DNA of 64,000 nt from contig JBMNPN010000003.1 in the NCBI GenBank assembly GCA_050943615.1, positions 1,058-65,057 on the forward strand, read 5' to 3'. Position 1 is the stretch's first letter, and every line of letters begins with the position of its first letter. A program made the position numbers and the translations under genes. Source of the DNA: Coriobacteriales bacterium. Lineage in GTDB: Bacteria > Actinomycetota > Coriobacteriia > Coriobacteriales > QAMH01. Shown one piece after another: positions 1-8,239 of this stretch. The notes beneath the pieces are model-generated. The model did not search any database, was not told where the DNA came from, and saw nothing but the letters and a program-made list of their open reading frames with translations.

Positions 1-498
1 GTGGTAGTTGGTCAGGATGTAGCAGTCGTCTCCCTCATCGGAGATGATGACGCCCGAGCCCAGAGCCGAAGAGCTGTCAGAGGAGGAACCCGAGTTGTTG
101 AAGTACTGGGTCCAGTCTGAATTGTCGGAGGTCACGTAGATCGTCACGACCGAATCGAGGCACTTGGAAGCGACCGCCTCGGCAGTCGTCGTATCGGTGC
201 TGTCGCCATTGATGGTGATCGATCCGCTCGAGGAGCTGCCCGAGCTCTTGATGCCATCGAAGAGCGGCGTCCAGGCCCACAAGCACATGACAAGTGCCAC
301 CACGACGACGGCGCTGATGGCACCGGCGCCGATTGCCTTGCCAAAGGTCACCGGCTTGGCGGGTTTCTTGTTGCGCTTCCTTTCCTCGCGCTTGCGCTTG
401 CGCTCTTCCTTTTTCTGCTCCGCAGACATCTTCTCCGTCTTGCCCGGATCGTCTGAATCCGAAGGCGGAAATGGAACGCCATTGTTCTGGTCGGTCAT
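1..498 (-). CDS. HtrA/DegP-like S1C serine protease, N-terminal part (runs off the left edge)
   Basis: Own minus-strand translation from ATG 498-496. It is absent from the ORF track because no stop lies in the window. Sequence: MTDQNNGVPF...KKPAKPVTFGKAIGAGAISAVVVVALVMCLW (basic tail plus one TM), then ...ALGSGVIISDEGDDCYILTNYH, the conserved start of the trypsin-like domain. AGAGGA lies 8 nt upstream of the ATG. Confidence 0.6.
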   Translation of the reverse strand, partial: MTDQNNGVPFPPSDSDDPGKTEKMSAEQKKEERKRKREERKRNKKPAKPVTFGKAIGAGAISAVVVVALVMCLWAWTPLFDGIKSSGSSSSGSITINGDSTDTTTAEAVASKCLDSVVTIYVTSDNSDWTQYFNNSGSSSDSSSALGSGVIISDEGDDCYILTNYH

Positions 499-668
499 CT
501 CAAATCCTCTTTTCGAAATAGACTCTGACAACTCTGGAGAATACCTTCGAAAAGGCCTTCTCTCGATTATGCTGCCCATAGTTTTATCTCATTCGGCAAC
601 TTCCGTTCGCCAAAGTAAAGAAATCGCAACCGAATTTCAGGAAAATTTAAGTGCTACCAGCGGTTTTT

Positions 669-1643
669 CTAGAGAATTCCCAACAGTTCGACAAGCCAGC
701 CAACGAGCACGCCGCACAAGAGGAGAACTCCCATGATGCGCAGGTTCTCGTTGGCATCGCGGTTGGTGCGAAACAGCAGTAGCAGACCGAGGCCGGCGTT
801 GACGCACAGCCCCGCGATCATGGCGCCGCCGCTCATGACGCCATCGAGGTAGAGCTCAGTGGTGCCGACGCTCACGGCACAGTTGGGGATGAACGCGACG
901 ATTCCAACGAGCACCGAGCTCAGATACGGAGTCGCCGTGATGCTCGCCAGCGCGTCCTCGAGACCGGCGGAGATGAGCAGATTGATGATGAAGGTGATGA
1001 TGAAGATGAAGACGGTGACGTTGAGCGAGTGCTTGAGCGCGGGGAGCACGATGCCGTGAAGCGCTCCGGTTCCGTGGGAGTGCCCCTGCCCGTCTTCGGC
1101 CTCTTCGAGCTCTTTAAGCTCCCCGGCGGCCGCGTCGTGCTCGTCCGCCTCGCAGGCGCAGCCATCCTGCTCGCACAGGACGTGGATATCGTTTCCCTCG
1201 TGCCCCTTGTGCAGACGTGCGGAGCTCAGACCGATGTGCAGGCGCCCGGCTCGCGCGAGCAGGGCATCGAGCAGCAGGCCAAAGACGATTCCCGCAACGA
1301 CCTTGATCGCCAGGATCTTCATGACGAGCAGGGGGTCGACCTGCTCGGAGACCATGATGGGGATCATCTCGTCACTGGTGGCAAGAAAGACCGCGAGCAG
1401 GGTGCCGAGCGTGACCACGCGCCCCGCATACAGCGTTGCCGCCGCGCTGGAAAAACCGCACTGCGGAATAACGCCCAGCAGCGCTCCGATGATGGGACCC
1501 ACGCGCCCGCCCTTTGCGATGCTCTGGGAGAACTTCTCTCCCGCCCCGTGCTCGAGCCATTCCATGAACAGATAGGTGGCGAGGAGAAACGGAAAGCAGC
1601 TCAGAGTGTCGGACACGGCATCTAATAGGGCATCGGCGAGCAT
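669..1643 (-). CDS. Multi-TM putative metal-ion exporter (ArsP_2-like 10-TM permease family)
   Basis: ORF 669..1712. Start moved to ATG 1643 (MLADALLDAV), which has AGGAG 6 nt upstream. IPQCGFS motif. Central His/Asp/Cys/Glu-rich loop HKGHEGNDIHVLCEQDGCACEADEHD...GHSHGTGALHG. Family name is recalled, not searched. Confidence 0.6.
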   Translation of the reverse strand: MLADALLDAVSDTLSCFPFLLATYLFMEWLEHGAGEKFSQSIAKGGRVGPIIGALLGVIPQCGFSSAAATLYAGRVVTLGTLLAVFLATSDEMIPIMVSEQVDPLLVMKILAIKVVAGIVFGLLLDALLARAGRLHIGLSSARLHKGHEGNDIHVLCEQDGCACEADEHDAAAGELKELEEAEDGQGHSHGTGALHGIVLPALKHSLNVTVFIFIITFIINLLISAGLEDALASITATPYLSSVLVGIVAFIPNCAVSVGTTELYLDGVMSGGAMIAGLCVNAGLGLLLLFRTNRDANENLRIMGVLLLCGVLVGWLVELLGIL

Positions 1644-1783
1644 CTCGTCTCCTCTCGGCATCGGGGGTAAAAAGCATACAGACGAGAACATACCCGAGGC
1701 AGCCGCATGCAAAGCAGATGCGTTACAGAGACGTTGTTATGAACAGATGCGCACGTGAACGGGCGTTGAGAAAACGCCCAGAT

Positions 1784-2470
1784 CTAGTCGCGGTTCGAGG
1801 CAGAGGGCTTACCCTTGAATGCCTCGCGTTCCCTGATGGCGCCCTCGATGATCATCTTCTCGGCGTGCTCGAGCTCTTCGGGCGTGTTGACGTTCATGAA
1901 GACACCGCCGCGCGGCTCTGCCTTTGCAATCATGTCGCTCGTGAAATCGATGACACCAACCTGGTCGAACCAGGACGTCGCCTTGGTCTCCCCGTCTTCG
2001 ACCGCCTTTTTTATGGCAGGCAGGCACGTCGTGCGTCGGTACACCCCGTGGAACGGCTCGTAGCCGAACTGCGTCAGGGGAACGGCGACATCTTTGCCCT
2101 CGCTCATGAGCGCATTGAGCTCGGCGGCGATGAGGTTGCGGGAGGGAAAGATCATGTCGCAGGCGACGAGCGCAACGAAGTCCTTGCTGGCGGCGCTGAT
2201 GGCCGTGTAGACGCCACGCAGCGCGCCGCGTTTCTCATAGACATCGGTGACCAGGCGAATCTTGCCCAGGTCGACGAGGTCATCGAGAAAGCCGAGGTTC
2301 TCGGGCTCGTTGGTGGTGATCAGGAACTCGTCTGCCAGCGGGAGGAGGCGGTTGATGCCGCGCCAGATGAGCGGTTCGCCCAAAAAGGGAACGGTCGCCT
2401 TGCTGCGCCCCATTCTCCTCGACTCGCCACCTGCCTGTATGACGATGGTAAGATTCCCGCTCTTGCTCAT
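1784..2470 (-). CDS. mobA: Molybdenum cofactor guanylyltransferase
   Basis: 228 aa. N-terminus IVIQAGGESRRMGRSKATVPFLGEPLI matches the MobA nucleotide-binding signature (LAGGxxxRMGxxK). Size fits. Confidence 0.8.
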   Translation of the reverse strand: MSKSGNLTIVIQAGGESRRMGRSKATVPFLGEPLIWRGINRLLPLADEFLITTNEPENLGFLDDLVDLGKIRLVTDVYEKRGALRGVYTAISAASKDFVALVACDMIFPSRNLIAAELNALMSEGKDVAVPLTQFGYEPFHGVYRRTTCLPAIKKAVEDGETKATSWFDQVGVIDFTSDMIAKAEPRGGVFMNVNTPEELEHAEKMIIEGAIREREAFKGKPSASNRD

Positions 2471-2649
2471 CGCGCTACTCGCTCCTTAGTGCCTTGGAAA
2501 GCAGCCAATTCCCGTTACCTCATGTTATGCAAAAACGCCGAAAACATGGCATTCCAAAAAATACAAAGAGCAGAATACCCCACGGCCGTACTCATGCCAA
2601 CACCTAAACAATCTATCCTTTACATAAGCAAATAAAACGTGCGATGCGC

Positions 2650-3636
2650 TCAGCGCACCCTGCTTGCCGCCAGGTAGTGAAAGGCATCCAGACGCTCCGC
2701 TGCAATAGCCCCCCGAACAGCGCATCCAGGCTCGTCGGTATGCGTGCAATCTCGGAATCTGCAGCCCAGCGCGGCGTCGTAGACATCGGGAAAACTTGCC
2801 CTCAGGCTTGCCTCCAAATCGAGGATCTGCAGCGTCCTCAGACCAGGGGCATCGATGAGAAGCCCGGCGCCGGGAATCTGGACCATGCGACGGGCAACGG
2901 TCGTGTGGCGCCCCCTATCATCCGAGGAACGTACCGCGCCGGTCTCAAAGTGCTCGGTGCCGAGCAGCGCGTTTGCAAGAGAGGACTTGCCGACGCCGCT
3001 CTCGCCCAAGAGCATGCTCGTCGTGCCGGGAAGGCAGCGCGCACGGATGCGCTCGACCGCATCTTCGTCCAAGGCGGACACGACCTCGACAGGGATATCC
3101 GGCGCGATGCGGCCGACCCTTGCAAGCGTCTGCTCGAGCTTTTCGTCTTGGACCAGGTCGCCTTTGGTAAAGACGAAGACCGCCTGAGCGCCGCAGCCCA
3201 TGACCGCGGCCATCTGACGGACGAGGAGCCGCTCGTCGATGCCCGCCCCCGAAAGCGATTGGCATATCAGCACGCGATCCACGTTGGCGGCGAGCACCTG
3301 ACGGCGCGCAACGCGTTCGCGGCCGACGCGCTTCATGCGGCTGACCTCGGTTTTGCGCGGCAATATCTCGACGATGATCGCCTTCTCGTGACCTTCGGGT
3401 CTGCCCACGGCAACCCAATCGCCCACCGCGACGATACTGTCGTCGCGCTTCTTTATCTCGGCAGAAAGCTCGGCACGGAATTCTTCGCCTTCCGTGTTCA
3501 CCAGCGGAAAACCGCGGTCGAGAGAGGTCACGCGCCCCAGCACGCAGGCCCTCCCCTTCTGGGCCTGTTCTCCTTGCGCGCTCGAGAACGCCTCTTGCAC
3601 GGTACTCGTGCACCCAAGCTCGGAGAACGGAATCAT
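2650..3636 (-). CDS. rsgA: Ribosome small-subunit biogenesis GTPase RsgA
   Basis: Start at ATG 3636 (MIPFSELG); the upstream 110 codons of the track ORF overlap the preceding gene. OB-like N-terminus, P-loop LLGESGVGKSSL, C-terminal zinc knuckle CRFRDCTHTDEPGCAV. Confidence 0.85.
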   Translation of the reverse strand: MIPFSELGCTSTVQEAFSSAQGEQAQKGRACVLGRVTSLDRGFPLVNTEGEEFRAELSAEIKKRDDSIVAVGDWVAVGRPEGHEKAIIVEILPRKTEVSRMKRVGRERVARRQVLAANVDRVLICQSLSGAGIDERLLVRQMAAVMGCGAQAVFVFTKGDLVQDEKLEQTLARVGRIAPDIPVEVVSALDEDAVERIRARCLPGTTSMLLGESGVGKSSLANALLGTEHFETGAVRSSDDRGRHTTVARRMVQIPGAGLLIDAPGLRTLQILDLEASLRASFPDVYDAALGCRFRDCTHTDEPGCAVRGAIAAERLDAFHYLAASRVR

Positions 3637-4280
3637 TTGCCCTTCCCCTTTGCCCGGCGGATACGTCTGACGTAGAAGAACGAAACGACGAGAACTGCAG
3701 CGACAGCACACAGGACGACTCCTATTATGAGCCGCTGCTTGTTCACATGATGCGAAACCGCCTCTCCCCGATCGGTCACCTTGATGTCGGTCGCGTGCAC
3801 ATCGAGCTCGCCTTGATGCGTGCCGCAAGCAACGGAGTAGACGCCTGTCACCTCTACGGTGTCGCCCGTCATCTGATACGACCCGTAGTTCTCGATCTGC
3901 GCCGCCTGCTCGTCGGTCACGTACACGGAAATCGAGGAGTCCGAAGCATCGGCCACGCTCAGCCACTTATGGCCATCATCGGCATTGACGGCAGTATCGA
4001 CGACCTCGCCCGTAAAGCGCACAGTCGAGCCTTCTAGCGCTCGGTTGACGGAGGAGAGCGTCGAGATGCGCGTGCTGATGACGACATCGTCGTCGGTGTT
4101 GAGGGAGTTTGCCAGATCGTCGAGCGTCGCGTAGCGATCGGTCAGGGTCCCGATGGAGACCGATTCCGAATCCTCATCGGACTCCGCGGCACTGGCCGCG
4201 CCCGCTGCACATGTAAAGACGAGCGCAGATGCCAGAGAAAGGGACGCGAACGTCTTTGCTATGCGAGTCGCCCTACTCAT
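3633..4280 (-). CDS. Membrane-anchored secreted protein of unknown function (signal/TM, beta-rich OB-like ectodomain, C-terminal TM, basic tail)
   Basis: 215 aa. N-terminal hydrophobic segment AKTFASLSLASALVFTCAAGAASA. Ectodomain FTGEVVDTAVNADDGHKWLSV...YGSY...CGTHQGELDVHAT. C-terminal TM plus RRIRRAKGKGK. Start overlaps the trkH stop (ATGA, 4277-4280) and stop overlaps the rsgA start (ATGA, 3633-3636). Paralogous to the C-terminal ~230 aa of 5988..8219. Confidence 0.6.
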   Translation of the reverse strand: MSRATRIAKTFASLSLASALVFTCAAGAASAAESDEDSESVSIGTLTDRYATLDDLANSLNTDDDVVISTRISTLSSVNRALEGSTVRFTGEVVDTAVNADDGHKWLSVADASDSSISVYVTDEQAAQIENYGSYQMTGDTVEVTGVYSVACGTHQGELDVHATDIKVTDRGEAVSHHVNKQRLIIGVVLCAVAAVLVVSFFYVRRIRRAKGKGK

Positions 4281-5809
4281 TTGCGCCCGATTCTTCTGCG
4301 CGTGCGATCACGCGGGGACAGGAAGGCGAAGAACTCCACGATCATCGCGAAGGCGGCGATGAACTCGAGACGGCCGAGCCACATCTCGAAGATGTAGATG
4401 ATCTCGAGACCCTGCGGCATGCCCGGCGAGACAACGCCGAGGGAAAGCCCGGTGTTAGCCGCGACAGAGACCGAGTCGAAAATCGAGGGGAGAGCATCGT
4501 AGCCGTACGCAATGCCCGCAACCGCGCCGATTGCGTACGTGATGACAAAGAGCAGCGCGATGATCAGCGACGAGGAAACGAGCTCTGGCGTGACGAGCCG
4601 CCGCCCGCGCTGGTAGAAAAAGGTGCGGGGACGGGCGCGGTCGGGAGCGAGCGCCTCGCGCGTCGTCTGCACGATCGAACGGGCGATGATGGCGATGCGG
4701 AACGCCTTGATGCCGCCCGAGGCAGACGAGCTCGAGCCGGCGATGCACATCGCGAGTATGACCACGAACAGGGCCCCCGATCCCATCGTGTAGAGCACTT
4801 GACCGGGGTACAGCGTCGAGAACCCCAGGTTGAACGCGCCGGAGAGCACTTCGAAAAGCGCGCGCCTGACCTGCCCTCCCAACGTGGTGAAGTAGGAGCC
4901 CGAAAGGGCGAGCATCATGAGCACGACCAGGATGAGAACCCAGATGACGATCGTGCGGACCTCGATGTCCTTGAAGAAGTTCTTCGTGATGCCACGCCAG
5001 ATATCCCCGTATAGCACGAAGTTGATGCACCCGCAGGCGGCGAGCGTGAGCGCGATGATCTCGAGCGGCCAGGACTGGTAGAAAATGATGCCCGAGGAAT
5101 GGTTGCTCATGCCACCTGTCGTGAACGCGGCAGAGGCCACGACAAAGGCATTGTAGAGGGCCTTGAGTGGCGGGAGCCCCGAAATGAGAAGGGGCACCAT
5201 GCAGGCAAGCGTGCCGATTGCGACGATGACGGCAGCCACGCGGACGATAAAGCGGGAAGTCTGCTTGATCTCGGGCATGACCTGGCCCGTGCGCGCCTCG
5301 GCACGGTAGAGTGCGGCTGCAGCGGCGCCTGTCCCGAAAACCCCCAACGCCAAGGCGATGACGACGACGCCGACACCGCCGATCAGGTGCATGGTGCAAC
5401 GCCAGAAGACGAGGCACTGCGGGAGGTGGTCGACGTCGTTTGCGACCGAACAGCCCGTCGTGGTGAACGCGGAAACCGACTCGAAGAACGCATCGAGATA
5501 ATCGGAAAAGCTTCCGGAAAGGTAGAGCGGCAGGGCGCTGAACAGGGAAAGTACCAGCCAGCAGAGCCCCGTGATGACGAGGGACTGTCGCCAGGTGAGC
5601 TCGGGCTTGTCGACGCGGCAGAAGAGCAGCGCACACCCGACGACGGCGCTCACGCCGATGGAGAAGAGCAAGTTGGTGGCCGCCGCGTATTCCTGGAAAA
5701 GGAGGCCGATGATAAAAGACGGCACCATGGCGACGGCAATGAGCGCGATCAGAGCGCCGATGTAGTGCCCGATCGTGAGCCAGTCCGAAAGATGCAGACG
5801 CTGAATCAC
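4277..5809 (-). CDS. trkH: TrkH/KtrB-family potassium uptake permease (copy 1)
   Basis: 510 aa polytopic protein with repeated pore-loop motifs (TTTGCS, FTTGG, SGGIK, NTGLS). GTG start at 5809. N-terminus MIQRLHLSDWLTIGHYIG parallels copy 2. Confidence 0.85.
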   Translation of the reverse strand: MIQRLHLSDWLTIGHYIGALIALIAVAMVPSFIIGLLFQEYAAATNLLFSIGVSAVVGCALLFCRVDKPELTWRQSLVITGLCWLVLSLFSALPLYLSGSFSDYLDAFFESVSAFTTTGCSVANDVDHLPQCLVFWRCTMHLIGGVGVVVIALALGVFGTGAAAAALYRAEARTGQVMPEIKQTSRFIVRVAAVIVAIGTLACMVPLLISGLPPLKALYNAFVVASAAFTTGGMSNHSSGIIFYQSWPLEIIALTLAACGCINFVLYGDIWRGITKNFFKDIEVRTIVIWVLILVVLMMLALSGSYFTTLGGQVRRALFEVLSGAFNLGFSTLYPGQVLYTMGSGALFVVILAMCIAGSSSSASGGIKAFRIAIIARSIVQTTREALAPDRARPRTFFYQRGRRLVTPELVSSSLIIALLFVITYAIGAVAGIAYGYDALPSIFDSVSVAANTGLSLGVVSPGMPQGLEIIYIFEMWLGRLEFIAAFAMIVEFFAFLSPRDRTRRRIGRK

Positions 5810-5819
5810 GTGGCCCCGC

Positions 5820-5963
5820 CTACATCATGATCCAATGGATCAGGGCCGTGATTGCCACGAGAACCGCCAAGAAGAGCAGAATCGAGCCCAGCACCGTTGC
5901 CAGCCCGATGAAGGGGTGGAGCTTCTTTGTGCGGAAACGCTCTTGTTTCTCCGACTTGGCCAT
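5820..5963 (-). CDS. 47-aa single-TM micro-protein (below ORF-track cutoff)
   Basis: Own translation: MAKSEKQERFRTKKLHPFIGLATVLGSILLFLAVLVAITALIHWIMM*. GGAGG lies immediately upstream of the ATG. It exactly fills the gap between the two TrkH modules: 24 nt after the upstream stop, 10 nt before the downstream start. Confidence 0.4.
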   Translation of the reverse strand: MAKSEKQERFRTKKLHPFIGLATVLGSILLFLAVLVAITALIHWIMM

Positions 5964-5987
5964 GGTCCTCCTGTTCACGTTCTCGCG

Positions 5988-8219
5988 CTATTTTACCTTC
6001 TTTGCGCGCCAGCGCACGCTCCGGCGCCGTCCAAAGCGCACATCGTAGAACATGACCTGCAGCAAGAACACGACGAGCGCGCCAAAGATGAGCAGCAGGC
6101 CTATATGGAGCAAGTCGGTCGACGGATCGGCAGCGTCATCGTAGCCTGCCTGCGTGACGTTGACGGATGTCGCGTGGACCTCGAGTTCCCCGCAGTGCTG
6201 ATCGCAGCTCAGGTGATAGGTCCCCTTGATGGCGATCGTCGACCCCACATGGCCATAAGAGCCAAAGTCCGTGATCTGGGATAGCTGCTCGTTGGTGAGG
6301 TAGACACCGATCATGGCGCCGTTCTGCTTGACGTTGACCCACTTGTGGCCGTTGTCTGCCCAAACGGGGGTGCCGACGACCTCCCCCGAGAACTCGACGG
6401 GTTCTTCGTCGAGTCGATAGCTTGCCGAGAGAAGGCCCGAGACGCTCATCTCGCGATAGACGGTGTCGCTGTTCAGGGAAGGCACCTGGGACGCGGGAAC
6501 CTGGCCTTCGTTGAGATCCGACGTCGCAGTCGCCGCAGATGCAGATGTTGCGAACGCAAGCGAACCTGCAAGTGCGGCCACGAGCACGAAAGTCGAGGCA
6601 TGCTTTGCCTTCTCGGACGCCCCATTGCCATTTCGGTGCTGGCGCTTGCGGCGCCTCCACGCAAGGCCGCCGCGCGTGCTGCGCTTCTTTTCGCGTAGCC
6701 TCGCACGGGAGCTGCGGTTTGCAAAGTAACGGGGATCGAGCGAGATCAGCAGGCCGGCAATGGTGGCGATGAGAGCGATGAACTCGAGACGACCTGCCCA
6801 CATGAGCAGCACGGAGATGATCTCGAGGTCGAGTCCCATGCCCGCAGAGGCAATCCCCGTCGAAATACCGCAGTTGGCAACGAGCGAGGCCGCCTCGAGC
6901 ACTGACTGGAGCGCATCGTAGCCATGCGCGATGAAGGCCATGGCGCCCAAAGCGGTGACGAAGATGTAGAGCGAGCAGATCGTCATAGCGTTCATGGCCT
7001 CGGTTGCCGTCAGGTACTTCTGGCCGAAGTGCTCGTAGCGCACGCGCAGACGGGTCGATTGCGGCATGATCCTCTGCGTGATGGAGTAGCCTATCCAGCG
7101 CACGACCTGCATGATGCGGATGGTCTTGATGCCACCGCCGGCGGAATGTGAGCAGGTGCCGCAGAGCACGGCGACGACGAGCACGATGATCATGCCCTCG
7201 CTCGCCGAGGGCCCGAATTGCTGGGGATAGATCGTCTGCAGCCCCGTCGTCGTCGCACTCGACACCACCATGAAGGCATCGAGCGAGAAGAGCGACCCAA
7301 TCGTTGTGGAGAGGTCAGTCCTCGTCACGCCCGCAGTGAGGGCGATCGTAATCAGCACGAGCCATGCGGCATAGGTCCTGAGCTCGGAGTTCACCAAGAT
7401 TCTCTTGTACTTGAAGCGCGCCGCGTAGATCAGGATGCCAAAGTTCACCGCGCCGACGAGCATGAAGAGCATGAGGAAGACCTCGAGCATCGGGCTGTGA
7501 TAGGCGATGACGCCCGAAGTGCTGGGCAGGAAACCGCCGGTGCTCAACGCGGCGGACACGAGCCAGAACGCGTTCATGGCCGCATCCAACGGGGAAAGGC
7601 CGATAACCAAGCAGATGATGAAAAGCGCCACGAATCCGACGACGAGGTAGAACCCGAAGATGGTACCGATGCTCTTCACCGCCATGGAAAACTGGCTTCG
7701 GGAGTCGTCGCGCACGCTGCGCTTCTCGAGAAATGAATGGCTCCCCTCCCCGAACAGACCGTAGTAGAGCGCCGCGAAGACGATGGCAGATGCGCCCTGC
7801 AGGGAGAGAAGCGAGTACCACGTCGCCTGCGCATAGCTCATATGGTCGAGCTGCGTGTTGAGGACCACGCCCGTCGTGGTCAACGCCGACACGGCATCGA
7901 ACACCGCATCGAAGGGAGAATCGAATCCTCCGCCCCAGAACAGCGGAATCGCGCTCATGCAGCCGATCACGATCCAGCCGATTCCCAGCAGCAGAAGCGA
8001 GCGCCGCCTATCGAGCCTGCTCGCGGGGAGAAAGCGCAGCAGCACGCCTGCAGCCAGACAGCAGCCTGCTCCGAAGAGAAACGCGACAGCGTCAACTTGT
8101 TCGCCCAAGACAAAGGCGAGCAATGCGACGAGCAGCATGAGAAGGCCGCTCGCGATGAGCAGCAGGCCAAGGTAATGGCCTACTGTCGAGATATCCGACA
8201 AATGGAAACGCGGCAACAT
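5988..8219 (-). CDS. TrkH-family permease fused in frame to a TM-ectodomain-TM module (copy 2)
   Basis: Start at ATG 8219 (MLPRFHLSDISTVGHYLG). The track ORF extends to 8516 but overlaps the ATPase gene. The TrkH body ends ...MWAGRLEFIALIATIAG. A basic linker follows (RARLREKKRSTRGGLAWRRRKRQHRNG). Then TM TFVLVAALAGSLAFATSASA, ectodomain FSGEVVGTPVWADNGHKWVNV...FGSY...CDQHCGELEVHAT, a C-terminal TM and a basic tail. I saw no stop and no ATG between the two parts. Confidence 0.75.
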   Translation of the reverse strand: MLPRFHLSDISTVGHYLGLLLIASGLLMLLVALLAFVLGEQVDAVAFLFGAGCCLAAGVLLRFLPASRLDRRRSLLLLGIGWIVIGCMSAIPLFWGGGFDSPFDAVFDAVSALTTTGVVLNTQLDHMSYAQATWYSLLSLQGASAIVFAALYYGLFGEGSHSFLEKRSVRDDSRSQFSMAVKSIGTIFGFYLVVGFVALFIICLVIGLSPLDAAMNAFWLVSAALSTGGFLPSTSGVIAYHSPMLEVFLMLFMLVGAVNFGILIYAARFKYKRILVNSELRTYAAWLVLITIALTAGVTRTDLSTTIGSLFSLDAFMVVSSATTTGLQTIYPQQFGPSASEGMIIVLVVAVLCGTCSHSAGGGIKTIRIMQVVRWIGYSITQRIMPQSTRLRVRYEHFGQKYLTATEAMNAMTICSLYIFVTALGAMAFIAHGYDALQSVLEAASLVANCGISTGIASAGMGLDLEIISVLLMWAGRLEFIALIATIAGLLISLDPRYFANRSSRARLREKKRSTRGGLAWRRRKRQHRNGNGASEKAKHASTFVLVAALAGSLAFATSASAATATSDLNEGQVPASQVPSLNSDTVYREMSVSGLLSASYRLDEEPVEFSGEVVGTPVWADNGHKWVNVKQNGAMIGVYLTNEQLSQITDFGSYGHVGSTIAIKGTYHLSCDQHCGELEVHATSVNVTQAGYDDAADPSTDLLHIGLLLIFGALVVFLLQVMFYDVRFGRRRSVRWRAKKVK

Positions 8220-8239
8220 AATGAGGGGATTATAGCGCG

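Noticed and set aside
164-736. 190-aa plus-strand ORF
   Set aside because: It spans the htrA-like N-terminus in antisense, the AT-rich intergenic region and the 3' end of the permease gene. It has no SD and no motif.
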